NCBI RefSeq assembly: GCF_001194135.2
Contig: NC_068986.1
Span: 24,160,572-24,224,571, forward strand
DNA length: 64,000 nt
From: Octopus bimaculoides
Lineage: Eukaryota
Reading direction: 5' to 3'
The position numbers and the translations under genes were made by a program. The notes beneath the pieces were generated by a model that was given only the letters and a program-made list of their open reading frames with translations, was not told the DNA's origin and searched no databases. Below are positions 51,331 to 64,000 of this stretch, piece by piece; within the stretch, counting starts at the first letter, position 1; every line of letters starts with the position of its first letter.

Positions 51331-53436
51331 ACCCATTGCGTTTTCATTGGAGTCATATCCGTAAAAAAAATTGGAAGTCTTTTCTAAATCCTAAGAAGCC
51401 TGCATCATCCCTCTTTCGTCAAAAATTCAATCAAGATACGTCACTTCTGCTTATAGCACATCATTTGCCTGCAATGTAGAAGAGGAAGGAGAGATCCGAC
51501 AGAGAATGATCTATTCTACCAACATGTGCAATTCTATCGACCTACGTCAGTTAATTAAACAGCTGTGCTCGGTTTTTCATTACTTTCTGGACATCCCTCA
51601 CACATACACAAATACATACATGCATATGTGCCTGTGCCTGTGCGTGCGTGCGTGTGTTGAGATAGAAATATATAATCTATAATTCCTTTCCATCAGAATA
51701 TAACATATGTGGCTGATTACTGTAAAACTCTTGGTGGATCATTATTCAATCAGAATGATATTATATCACATACCCTGATAAAGGGAAAGGATGGCATATT
51801 AAAAACAAACACAAACAATTCTATGTCCAACGGACAGCTGCGATCTATTGATATCAGTGAAAGGTGTTACGAAATCAAAAATCATCTTTTTTTGTTCAAA
51901 ACATACCCGGAATCTATTTATAGATTTTTTTCTTTATCGAATTTGAAGACATTACCGTTGCTGACTGTGCTTGTTCTCTCTTCGTTTCATTCTTCCTTCA
52001 TTTATTCATTTTTTCCTTCCTTTCATTGTTTCTACCTTTGTTCGTGGTATTTATTTTCTTCATTTATTCGTTTTCTCTTTCTCCAAATAACATTTTCTCC
52101 TTTTAATATCCTCTCACCACCTTTGTCTTGTGGCATTCGTCCTCCTGCTGCTTTTCATATTTTTCTTGTTTATATTATTGCCAATGCATGAAGTGAGATA
52201 AATCAGGGTAAAAGAGAAAAAAAACACAACCCGGAGGAGATTATTACCAAAATTCATACCTGAACATCTGCTGCATTTCTGGAATACAATAGATGTACCT
52301 GTAAATGTGCCTTTGTTGGAGTTTCTATGATCAAGACGTTTTACTTTTTGTCTTTCAATCCAGGAGCTTGTCAGCCGGAAAGCTACAGAGAGAAAAGCTA
52401 GTAAAAAAAAAAGAATAACGAAAAGAAAATACAAAGAAAAGCTTTTGATATTAGAAATTACGTTATTGTTTCTGAAGATGGAGTTACAACAACATTTTTG
52501 TCAATCTCAATGTGTGAAATGAATTGAACTATGGTTTTGCGTGACCCTACACTCGGTACAGAGGCGGATAGAATCAAGAGCGCTGACAACTGTTTGCTGT
52601 GTAGTAATAAGGGTCTTGGCAAAAGTGTGTTATATATCATAACGTTCTTTGTCATGAAAGATCTCGGTAAAATTAATTTTCTGTTATGAGACTAAATTTA
52701 TAATATTACATATATTCTTTTGTAAAATACCTTACAGCCATGCATTAATTTATTGCTTCACTCTAAATAATAATCCCATTTTCCTTTGCATATGAAATTA
52801 TAAACAAACGGCAGCATACGTAAAGAGAGCACTTTTACACAGCGTCAGATACTGGACAACATGGTTAGAGCTTCAGGCAAAATGGTTCGCTATTTATTTA
52901 CGTCATATTGTGAACTCTAAATACACCAGTCAAAATAGCATTTTCTTTCGAGACTTGGTAAAATAAGCACTGGTCAAGTGTTGGTCCATGCAATCGGCCA
53001 TACGTTCCTCCAAAATTATCACTATTTCTAAGAAGCAATATTAATATAAAATAGTTTTCAATAGGAACCTTCTCGTTTAAAGATTAATAAGAACTGGATT
53101 ATAACAGATAATTTTCCCGCATTGTTTTTACAACTTTTGTGTTTACAAAAATGCTAACGGCATATCCAGTTAGACTTCGAAAATAAGCGCAGGCTGGTAA
53201 ATATTTAACACTGTAAACTAATGTAAACAGAGAGACGTTGTGTGAGAGAGTTACAGCTGTCTCGTATTGCCCGCTACTTTAGTTATATCAAGATGTCTCT
53301 TCCAAGCTTTTTAAATCTGTTCTCGTATTAAGAAAATTTTCAACTAACTATTTCCTAGTTCGTTGCTATTCAAATAAAATCAACATAAATTGCATAATTT
53401 TCTCCTAACGTGGAAGATGTTGGTGATGATGATACT

Positions 53437-53647
53437 TTCAAATTTTGGCACAAGGCGAACTGTTTTAGAGGGGAGGAGATAAAACGATTACATTGACCCC
53501 AGTCTTTCACTGGTACTTAATTTATCGAACCCGAAAAGGTGAAAGGCAAAGTCGACCTCGACAGAATTAGAACTCAGAGCATAAAGACAGACGAAATACT
53601 GATAAGCATTTTGCCCGGCGTGCTAATGACTCTGCCAGCTCGCCACC
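53437..53647 (-). mobile_element. full-length SINE-A (tail type 3)
   Basis: AAATTTTGGCACAAGG tail; core; head TGCTAATGACTCTGCCAGCTCGCCACC. Confidence 0.9.
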
Positions 53648-54133
53648 AAGGTCACAGAAAACGAGAAAGCAACCATTCTCTGGGATATACCAATACACAC
53701 AGATAGAGAAATTAAGGCAAATAGACCAGATATAGTTGTCAAAGATCATGAAGAAAAAAATGCTTTCTAATTGATGTATCAATACTAGCAGATGACAACG
53801 TTTCTCTAAAAGAAATGGAAAAATTTTCAAAATACAAAGACCTGGAAATAGAGGTAACTCGAATGTGAAATCTAATAAAAGAAATAATTCCTCTCATAGT
53901 AGGGGCCTTAGGTATAATAAAAAAATATTCAGACAAATACATAACAAAAACACCAGGACTTACAAATATATATAACATACAGAAAATTGCACTACTGGGC
54001 ACTGCACACATCCTACGCAAAACACTTTCAATACAGTAACCATAAGAGCACCACAGCAAACCACAGCACATACCCAAGGCGCACAGAGCTGCGCTCGGTA
54101 GTGAAGTGAAAGCATGTTATAAAAATAAAACTA

Positions 54134-54139
<6 letters not shown>
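53648..54139 (+). mobile_element. 5'-truncated R4/Dong-type non-LTR element
   Basis: KVTENEKATILWDIPIHTDREIKANRPDIVV..(1-nt loss in A-run ~53760)..CFLIDVS..EKFSKYKDLEIE..(TGA at 53866)..IVGALG..IQKIALLGTAHILRKTLSIQ*; PD..D/E.K restriction-like endonuclease motif. Confidence 0.93.
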
Positions 54140-54167
<28 letters not shown>

Positions 54168-54173
54168 GATGAC

Positions 54174-54226
<53 letters not shown>

Positions 54227-54370
54227 AGGTGGTGGCTGCAGCGGCGACGACGACGACGAGAAGAAGAAGAAGAAGAAGAAGAAGAAGAAGAAGAAGAAGA
54301 AGAAGAAGAAGAAGAAGAAGAAGAAGAAGAAGAAGAAGAAGAAGAAGAAGAAGAAGAAGAAGAAGAAGAA
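54138..54370. repeat. staircase compound microsatellite AAT-GAT-GGT-GCA/GCG-GAC-GAA
   Basis: Read directly from the sequence. Confidence 0.95.
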
Positions 54371-54372
54371 GA

Positions 54373-54465
54373 TCAAATTTTGGCGCAAGAACAGCAATTC
54401 AGTGAAGGGGATAACTCGATTACACTCACCCCGGTGCTCAACTGGCACTTATTTTATCGACCTCA
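54373..54465 (-). mobile_element. SINE-A 3' fragment (tail type 3)
   Basis: AAATTTTGGCGCAAG..CTCAACTGGCACTTATTTTATCGACC. Confidence 0.7.
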
Positions 54466-55191
54466 ATAAAACAATAAAGAATTGCTCCATGACCAATCTC
54501 GCTGCGTGCACGTCTGTTGTGATGCCTTCCAAAAGAGCCTCATTTAAGTCTCTAACCACCATTTAAGGATTGACCCGTGAACTGAAACTTCCAGTAGCTG
54601 AACATGCGAACTGGCACCTACGAAGACCATTTAGGTCGACTGTGTAGATCATGAATTTGTGGTCTGTGTGGCCGATGATATCAAAAAGTGGCAACATGTG
54701 CAACTGGCCTACGAATTACTCTATCTTGATACAACTAAGATGATCCGATACGTTTCGTCTATGTCTATATTGACACATTAGAGATTTTCAGTTAGTACCT
54801 GTCAGACAGCTGAAATGTTAGCAGCAGAGAATAAGCTTCATACTTTTTCATTGATGTGTTGTTGTTTCTGCTGTTGTTGTTATTGCTACTGGTGCTACTG
54901 CCGTCACTGGTTTTTACAATTTCAGTGTTCATTTCTGCGGATAGCTGGCTCTTCTTTCCAGGGATAGAATAATCTTCGTGCGCCATGTCTCTTTTCAAAA
55001 ACAAAACTCGAGAGGCCTGCTTGCTAAACAAACCCAATTTTAGCTCCTAAGGGATACAGGAGAAACGACACCGCTTCCGTATGTCCTAGTTAGTTCATCT
55101 GCAAAACGATACCAAATGTTCAATATATAATTTTGTGCAGCAATAGAAATAATAACAAACTTACAAGAGCATCGTGCAATATGTATCGATA

Positions 55192-55192
55192 G

Positions 55193-55254
<62 letters not shown>

Positions 55255-55270
55255 TATAATAATAATAATG

Positions 55271-55326
<56 letters not shown>

Positions 55327-55355
55327 TATAATAATAATAATGATAATAATAATAA
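55192..55355. repeat. (AAT)n microsatellite
   Basis: Read directly; abuts an N-gap. Confidence 0.95.
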
Positions 55356-55890
55356 NNNNNNNNNNNNNNNNNNNNNNNNNNNNNNNNNNNNNNNNNNNNN
55401 NNNNNNNNNNNNNNNNNNNNNNNNNNNNNNNNNNNNNNNNNNNNNNNNNNNNNNNNNNNNNNNNNNNNNNNNNNNNNNNNNNNNNNNNNNNNNNNNNNNN
55501 NNNNNNNNNNNNNNNNNNNNNNNNNNNNNNNNNNNNNNNNNNNNNNNNNNNNNNNNNNNNNNNNNNNNNNNNNNNNNNNNNNNNNNNNNNNNNNNNNNNN
55601 NNNNNNNNNNNNNNNNNNNNNNNNNNNNNNNNNNNNNNNNNNNNNNNNNNNNNNNNNNNNNNNNNNNNNNNNNNNNNNNNNNNNNNNNNNNNNNNNNNNN
55701 NNNNNNNNNNNNNNNNNNNNNNNNNNNNNNNNNNNNNNNNNNNNNNNNNNNNNNNNNNNNNNNNNNNNNNNNNNNNNNNNNNNNNNNNNNNNNNNNNNNN
55801 NNNNNNNNNNNNNNNNNNNNNNNNNNNNNNNNNNNNNNNNNNNNNNNNNNNNNNNNNNNNNNNNNNNNNNNNNNNNNNNNNNNNNNNNNN

Positions 55891-56172
55891 ACTCGAATGT
55901 GGAATCTAAAAACAGAAAGAATTCCTATCATAGTAAGTGCCTTAGGTATAATAAAAAAATATTCAGACAAATACATAACAAAAACAGCAGGACTTACAAA
56001 TATATATAACATACAGAAAATTGCACTACTGGGTACTGCACACATTCTACGCAAAACACTTTCAATACAGTAAACATAAGAGCACCACAGCAAACCACAG
56101 CATATACCCAAGGCGCACAGAGCTGCGCTCGGTAGTGAAGTGAAAGCACGTTATAAAAATAAACTACTGAAC

Positions 56173-56207
<35 letters not shown>
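55891..56207 (+). mobile_element. R4/Dong-type non-LTR 3' end with (AAT)n tail
   Basis: TRMWNLKTERIPIIVSALGIIKKYSDKYITKTAGLTNIYNIQKIALLGTAHILRKTLSIQ*; closely similar to 53855-54139. Confidence 0.93.
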
Positions 56208-57854
56208 CCATAACGGTTTCGAAAATTACTAATTGAAGCTTTGCCATTTTTATACACCACTTAACATATCATCAAAAATGTTTTGAACTAAAATTAGACC
56301 GAATCATTCAGAGTTAAAAGTTGAAATATATTTGTGTATTGATTTCCATTGATATTTACCATATTCATTTTTAGTGTGTCCTTAATTCTGGAAGGTCAAA
56401 TTATATGCAAGAGATCAAGATTATTCTACTTGAGTCATTTTTCTTTTCAACTGCGGATTAAAATTTTCGATTATGTTAATCAATATCACGAGGGGACGTA
56501 AATGAATGCTTCAACTTATTATTTGTTTTAATTAAAAGCTTGTTTCATTGATTCTAAAAATTCATATTTGCAATATAACGTTGGGAATATATATTTAAAA
56601 CAATGCTTTAAATATTGCTTCCATAGACTGTTGTTCAATACTTCGTCTGTGTGATTTTCTGTTAATATTATCCTTCCACGATAGAAACAAGTATATTTTC
56701 TAACATTAGCTATTGTTAGTACTTCTAGTACTTGTCTATCAAAGGTTGGTTAGAGGTCTTAATGTAAAACTTTATTGAAATTAATGCTGTAACTCCACAG
56801 TTTTTCATTTATAGCTAAATATGTTAATGAACTCTTATGAACTCTTATATTTCAAGCGATAAATGTATTTATTGATAAAGCTGTGTTTCTAATACTCCTA
56901 ATTATCTCTTTGTCCATGATACATTATCTATTATCTTATGATCTGGGAACAAATTTAATACCAATTTCTAAATCAATATTTGCATCAAACATTTCTCCAA
57001 ATAAGGAGATCTGCAGAAATGAAGTAAACTTCTAAAATTTAGACTTCAACAGCTGAAAATTCTATTTTGGGGTTTCAGCTGTTAGTTATAGCCATTTTAT
57101 AGTCATATCGTTTTACATCATTATATTTCTCTGAATTTTCTCTGTATCGTTTCGAAAGGAAATTCAACACCTATAGAGAGATTAGAGCTTATCAGAGTTC
57201 TCTCACTTATAAATACCGACATTTCTTTAATCAAATTGATTGTGTGCGAAAAAGACAAATATATCAAATCAAAATATGTCGAAAATATTTCTAATTTCTA
57301 ATCGCCGAGGTACACAAGGATGACTATGTATTTAATACAGAAAAAAGACTCACTAGACAAGAATGGAGAGACTTCGATAAGCATTTTATTGTATATGAAT
57401 AAAGAATGAGAATTTGTGTTTCCATATATTGTTAGTTTTGCTACACGTTTCTATAAGGAAGAGATAACTAGGTTTTAAAACTCCTGGTGTACCAACTTGA
57501 AGCTGAACATGCGAACAGGCGCATCCATATAGTTCCAGTTCCGCAACACTCAATAATAGACCTCGCGAATTATATACGATTATTGCAACACTGTGACTGA
57601 AAGCGAGTTGGCTTTAGTGGATTTTTAAAATGAATCAATCAATGCTAGCAACATTTTCTGACTCGATTATGACCTGCAGTCATTAAGACATCATATTTTT
57701 GATGGTCAGTCTTGTTTGAAAGTAGAATAATTTGATCGACAAAGGTTCGGCATTTTAATTGTATTTTATCGCCTGACATGTACAAGCGACCGGAGGAGAC
57801 GTTAAGGAAAACCATGAAATTGCTGGGAATCTTTTACATAGCAATACAAATATC

Positions 57855-58069
57855 CTTTTCTACTCTAGGCACAAGGCCCGAAATTTTTTGTTGGGGAGGC
57901 CAGTCAATTAGTTGGAAACCAGTACGCAACTGGTACTTAATTTATCGACCCCGAAAGGATGAAAGGCAAAGTTGACCTCGGTTGAATTTGAACTCAGAAC
58001 GTAGCAGCATACGAAATACCGCTAAGCATTTGGCCCGGCGTGCTAACGTTTCTGCCAGCTCGTAGCCTT
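57855..58069 (-). mobile_element. full-length SINE-A (tail type 1) with 13-bp TSD
   Basis: CAATACAAATATC at 57842-57854 and 58074-58086. Confidence 0.92.
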
Positions 58070-58416
58070 ATAACAATACAAATATCATTTAAATAATTTT
58101 CACTTGTATTTAGTATCCTGCATTTTTCTGAAGCGCTATACTGAATGATCATTCCACACGCCTATTTGTTTAATTCGCATACATTTAAAGAAATAGCACT
58201 CATTGTTATTTCATTTGTTGCTCACACTCCTTAATAACATTTCTTGTTCAGATGAAGTAAAATTGTACCAAATTGGTTTATATACTGTACGTTCAATTTC
58301 GAGGCTTCGTGTTTACAGGGCAATTTTTTTACCTCTCAGCAATGCCTATGCCTCCCCACATACCCGTAAACACACACACACACACATATAAACCTTTATA
58401 CATATTGAAATAAAGT

Positions 58417-58418
58417 GT

Positions 58419-58502
<84 letters not shown>
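58417..58502. repeat. (GT)n microsatellite
   Basis: Read directly from the sequence. Confidence 0.95.
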
Positions 58503-58504
<2 letters not shown>

Positions 58505-61500
58505 TTAAGTATATTGTGCGACGTTATATATAACTATATTGTGTGTTTCAAACCAATATTACTTCTCTTTATATTCAGCTAGTATACACGTCAACTGATA
58601 AGGAAATTATGACGGGAAATTACACATTACTCATCAGAAAGACAAAAAGAAGGTGTTATATAATAAACTTGATCTGACAAACGAAAGTCTGGGAATTACT
58701 AATGAGAAACTTAACATCTGAAACTTTTACATAATTTAGCAATTTACCCTGATGTAACGTGATGTCAAATTTATAATAGCTTCGCATGAGGTTATTTCTT
58801 GATCATAATTGCCAACATTTTGTTACCTGATAACATTATTGGCGATGGAACATATAATCCAATACTAAGGTGACTACTTAATGTAACTAATTGGATAGTC
58901 CCTGGTTCTGTGTTTAGTTTCTATCACTGGTGTGGATTTGAGGCTAATGTTCGGTACTAACCTAATACATTGTAATCGCATGTGTTTATGTTCAAACACC
59001 ATCAAATGCGATATTTCTCTTCATCATTTTGTGGCCTAAGGAATATTTATTTTAAATAAGATATACACACTATGTTTCAATTTGTCAATTACGTACATAC
59101 CTATATTACATTTCATTGACCTTGTGTTGAGTCAAACACAGCAAAAGCTAAGAATTCAATTTATTTCATGTTAGACAACGGCACCCTTTAAGAGAGCTTG
59201 AACCCGAAGGTAGAGGGATAGCGGAAGACTGCTTGGTTAAACCCATTTACAGGATTGATTTCATCTCATTGACATTCAAACTTAAAACGAAACTTCGACT
59301 TTGTCATCTACCCTACGAACATGAATGAAATGATTATCATTAATATCATATGCTGAATTTAATTCAATAGACTTTTATTCACATCTCGCACCATATATTA
59401 CCGTCATCTAAAATCATGATCGAAGTCTATTCACAAAGAAGGCTCTGCTGCACTAGTTGAAAGAGCAATATAAGGTAAGGTAATAGCTTGTCACCTCTTC
59501 CGTTTAGTGAATTGACAGTTGTTTCGGTTTCTTGTCCCGAAAACATCAAGCAGGGTACAAAATAAGGAGTTATATGTAAAAGAGCGTATTTTTAACGAAT
59601 ATAGGACGTTGAATCGTATCTGATTCAATGTCTTCATCTTGGTCGTTATAGTCAGAGCATTTTGCCGGTTGTAAACTATACCCGTACACTGTTTATACTA
59701 TAGGAAATTCTATGAGATATTTTCGTACCTTTTTTGTCGCTTTCTTATCTGTTTGAGCCGGAGTATGTTTATTCTTTGATTAACTTTGTGGCTGAGACAT
59801 CTATTACTAGCTATGCTACTACACATTGCATTTAATCTACACTTATATACATAGCTGTGCATAACTACTGCCCAAAGATTTTCACCACTATAAATGCAGG
59901 ATCCGACATAAAAATGCTATGGTACATAGGAGCATATAACAGTATCGTTTGACAATAAGACAAAGAACTTATTACCGCTGAGACTATAATATGCTTAGAT
60001 CCAGGTCACACTAATCAATCGGAGTTATCGGCATGGGCGTTCCAGTAGTGAACATCTAGTCTTTATAATGACTAGGACTACATTCTCTAATATAATTTTC
60101 ACTTTTTAAAGACCGTAGGGAGTTATGTGAAAGAGATTCGGCAACTGCTAGAGAGCGAGCGATTGCATAAAACCGGGCCTGTTGTCTAGTAAAACCCGGT
60201 ATGAGAAACAAGGAGTCGATATATATATATATATATATATATATANNNNNNNNNNNNNNNNNNNNNNNNNNNNNNNNNNNNNNNNNNNNNNNNNNNNNNN
60301 NNNNNNNNNNNNNNNNNNNNNNNNNNNNNNNNNNNNNNNNNNNNNNNNNNNNNNNNNNNNNNNNNNNNNNNNNNNNNNNNNNNNNNNNNNNNNNNNNNNN
60401 NNNNNNNNNNNNNNNNNNNNNNNNNNNNNATATATATATATATATATATATATACGTGATAGATAGATAGATAGATAGACAGATAGAGAAAACAGAAAGA
60501 CTGAATGAGAGAAAGAGAGGGAGAAAGAGAGTAAGAGATAGATATAGGTATGTACTACGTATATACATTGCCATTTAATGACAAGAAAGGGCTTGTATTC
60601 TGATAGTGAATATCAAATATATTGATATTTGTGCAACGCACTTATTCGTACTTACAGACAGATACACACAGATACATGCACACTCATACACACATATGTG
60701 CATGCTTCAATGAGCATTCATATCATATACACATATATATGTAATGTAATAAGTAAATACATACATACATACGCAGACTTATGTATGTGTGAATATTTGT
60801 ATATATACATGCATGCGTGTGTATGTGTGTGTATGTGTGTGTCTGTGTGTGTCTGTGTGTTTATGCATATATGTATGCAAGAACATGTCTTGCAATAGTA
60901 CAATGGATTTTCTGTAGTTCTTAACTCCTGCCCTGTCAGAGTGAACTGAGCCTTTCTACGACTTGCTGCTCTATGAAACAATAATCTTTTAAATATTCAT
61001 GCCGTGTCAGATATCACACATGAAGCTTAAGCACTAAATATTTGAATGCAATATATGTTTCACGAATTCTTTTCTTCGTGTGCTTATGGGGCAGAACATC
61101 TCAGAAAGTTTATGTTAATGTGTGTGCGTTTGGATTAACAACCAAACACAATACGTGCATTAAAAGTATATCATATTTCTGGATGAATGCCAATACTTTA
61201 TACCTACGTTCAACGATAAAGTTATATGATAACTTTGACAATACCCATTGTGTTTCCTGTACAGTTGTTTTGTTCACATTTCCTTCAATATTTCCTCTAC
61301 AGCGTGTTTATGCATATCTCCAAGTAGAGATATGCATCTTGTATGCGTAGATGTAAGCATATATACATGCATACACACACAAACATATTTATACTCGCAT
61401 ATATACAGGTGTATGTGCAAACTTACAAATACAACGTGTATATATCTATATGCTAGATACATTTAAGCATGTATATATATATATATACATATGCATTTGT

Positions 61501-61525
61501 GTGTGAGTGTGTATGCATATGTATT

Positions 61526-61561
<36 letters not shown>

Positions 61562-62700
61562 CTTATGGATGTATATATATATGTGTGTATGGGTGTGTGT
61601 ATATACGTATATCTATTTATCTAGTTATATATATATATATATAAATGCACACCCACACACACACACACACTCACACACACAAATACACATACACACACGT
61701 ATATACAGGTACAATTGTGTCCGTGTTATCCTGAGTCTTTGTTTATGGGTATGTTTATCTGTGTTTAGGATAAGTCAGCGTGAATGTGTTGGTATTTATT
61801 GTAGCTGGATGTATGTGTGCGTTTGTGACGTCTGTTTGTGTGTGTGTGTGTGTGGATGTGTGTGTGTGTGTGTGTGTTGTGTGTGTGTGTGTGTGCGTGT
61901 GTGTGTGTGTGTGTGTGTTTATATGCGAGCGCGCAACGGCACGTAGCAATGCCAATTAAGTCCGTCTCTTTGCCATTGTGTAATACAAATAGAAACAGTA
62001 AATTCATTGAACGGATACGCCTCGTTTTCTTGCCCGAAATATCGCATCCCGTTGAGGATGCTGAAATAGATAACATAGGAAAACATTCTCTCGGCTATTG
62101 TTAACATTTAGTAAAACAGACGTAAAAGAGAGAGAGAGGGTGTGAGAGAAACAGACAGACAGACAGAAGGAATTAGTGATTGAATGCCGTTTAGACTGAA
62201 ATTTATTGAATAATTTCGTTGCTTATTCTGTTGTTATGGGCACCTTTCAAACGATCGGGAACGGGCCATTGCTTGCAATTACTATCAATTACTTATCTAC
62301 ATATCATGACATCAATTAATTTCACTACATCTAATAACGACGTGACAAGGAGCCATACTAAAACTAAATATCTAAATTAGATCCAATTTGGACATCAAAC
62401 TCCACTGGGAGAAAACGTTGCCGTTCAACCAACAGTGGTTTAAATAAAATAATTATCTGTGATATCGGACAATTAGTCTAGGTGTAATTAATTAGTGTTT
62501 TACTACTGATGATAATTTTAAGAGTGCGTAGTTAGGTATTGTGTTGAAAAAATTTGTTGCGTCTACTGGTTCATTATTGCATGTTTCGATTACATATGTC
62601 GACACAGTTCACAACGTCTGTCTCTTCCCCCTCTCTCGTTCATTCTCATTCCCTTTCCCTTTGTCTCTGTCTCTGTCTGTCTGTCCGTCTGTCTCTGTCT

Positions 62701-62702
<2 letters not shown>

Positions 62703-62770
<68 letters not shown>
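62703..62770. repeat. (CT)n microsatellite
   Basis: Read directly from the sequence. Confidence 0.95.
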
Positions 62771-62772
<2 letters not shown>

Positions 62773-62829
62773 AACACCTGTAGTAAGAGTTACTTACATA
62801 CATTATCATTATTATCATTTAAAGTAAAG

Positions 62830-63038
62830 CGTGAGGTGGTGAGCTGGCAGAATCATTAGCACGCCGGGCGAAATATTTAGCGGTATTTCGCCCGTCTTCA
62901 CGTTCTGATTTCAAATTCCACCGAAGTCGACATTGCATTTTATCCTTTCGGAGTCGATAAATTATTGGGTCAATGTAATCGACACATCCCCTCCACTCTT
63001 CCACAATGGTTGTCCTTGTGGCAAAATTTGAAACCATT
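62830..63038 (+). mobile_element. full-length SINE-A (tail type 3)
   Basis: GGTGGTGAGCTGGCAGAATCATTAGC..CTTGTGGCAAAATTTGAAACC; flanked by ATTTAAAGTAA at 62817 and 63039. Confidence 0.9.
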
Positions 63039-63047
63039 ATTTAAAGT

Positions 63048-63255
63048 AAGGCGGTGAGGTGGCAGAATTGTTAGCGCGCTGGACGAAATACTTAGCGGTA
63101 TTTCGCCCGTCTTTATGTTCTGAGTTCAAATTCCGCTGAGGTCGACTGTGCTTTTCATCCTTTCGAGGTCGATTGTGTGTTTGTATTTGTCCCCTACCAT
63201 CGCTTGGCAACCGGCGTTAGTGTGTTTACGTCCCCGTAACTTAGTGATGCGGTGT
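63048..63255 (+). mobile_element. chimeric SINE: SINE-A head and core joined to SINE-B 3' region
   Basis: AAGGCGGTGAGGTGGCAGAA..CATCCTTTCGAGGTCGAT then TGTGTGTTTGTATTTGTCCCC.ACCATCGCTTGGCAACC..GTGTTTACGTCCCCGTAACTTAG. Confidence 0.75.
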
Positions 63256-63625
63256 AAGGAAGATATACGTGTGTATGAATGCACCTAACACACACACACA
63301 CACACAAATATATAGTAACGTAATAAGAATTGTATAACTTTGAAGAGAACGTGAAATACGTTCTTTTGGAGGATGTGAATAAAGGTTCTCGAAGTACAGC
63401 ACGTACAGTTATAAAAATTAACTTGCAAATATTGAATTCAAACAACCTTGTGTATAGGAAAAGGCCAAAGCTACCCGTGGGAGTCTATGCACATCTATTG
63501 TAATACATATTAGTCCAAAACAATCCTTCGAATTTCTCTGTCCATTTTAGTTACGGGAATTCTTCTTGGCGTTATAAGAATTTTATAAACTTTCCAGAGA
63601 ACGAATAAAACATTTGTTTGCTTTC

Positions 63626-63673
<48 letters not shown>

Positions 63674-64000
63674 GACTGTCTGTCTCCATACTTTTGGAAA
63701 AATGCTTTTCGATGCAAAATATATACAGCAAAAGAATAAGCCTTGAAATATTCAGTTGGCAAACAAGTTTGAATAACAAAGCGAAAGACCTCCCATGGGA
63801 CTCCAAACCCACCTCTCTCGAATGTTTATGAAATTCTTATGATGTCAACAACAATTCTCACAGGTAAGAATAGATTATTTAAAACAGACGGATTGGTTTC
63901 GTCTAAATGTACAACGCCTATTACGAAAAACCGGTGATATATTCGCCGCTGAAACGGTAGATTACAGGTCTGAGTAGTTAGAAGCGTCCTAGCATCAAAC

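Noticed and set aside
59505-59550. Minus-strand GAAAC-AACT-GTC hammerhead-like half
   Set aside because: No CUGANGA and no stem I complement upstream.
60140-60205. ACCGGG..CCCGGT hairpin with CTAG, Helitron-like
   Set aside because: The partner terminus was not found; adjacent to a gap.

Overview
AT-rich, repeat-saturated eukaryotic DNA from a gapped short-read assembly, with 13 N-gaps, most abutting AT or AAT microsatellites. The SINE, LINE and microsatellite landscape resembles a cephalopod (Octopus-like) genome; this is inference from repeat motifs. No intact, recognisable protein-coding gene is present, and nearly all listed ORFs are microsatellite or N-gap artefacts. Supported content: many copies of two tRNA-like SINE families (my labels SINE-A, SINE-B); four R4/Dong-type non-LTR 3' ends tied to (AAT)n; a CR1/L2-group LINE remnant; RTE and older LINE remnants; a Penelope-like RT-thumb/GIY-YIG remnant; a decayed DD37D (maT) Tc1/mariner; a fold-back mariner derivative; a Chapaev/CMC-like transposase fragment; a probable solo LTR with a 5-bp TSD; and a ~105-bp 28S rRNA fragment. 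The most notable signal is an apparently intact type I hammerhead ribozyme at 9681-9779. Decayed hammerhead motifs also occur at the Penelope 3' end (45891-45940) and in both arms of an adjacent 350-bp palindrome (46081-46431). I see no evidence for a wholly new multi-gene system.
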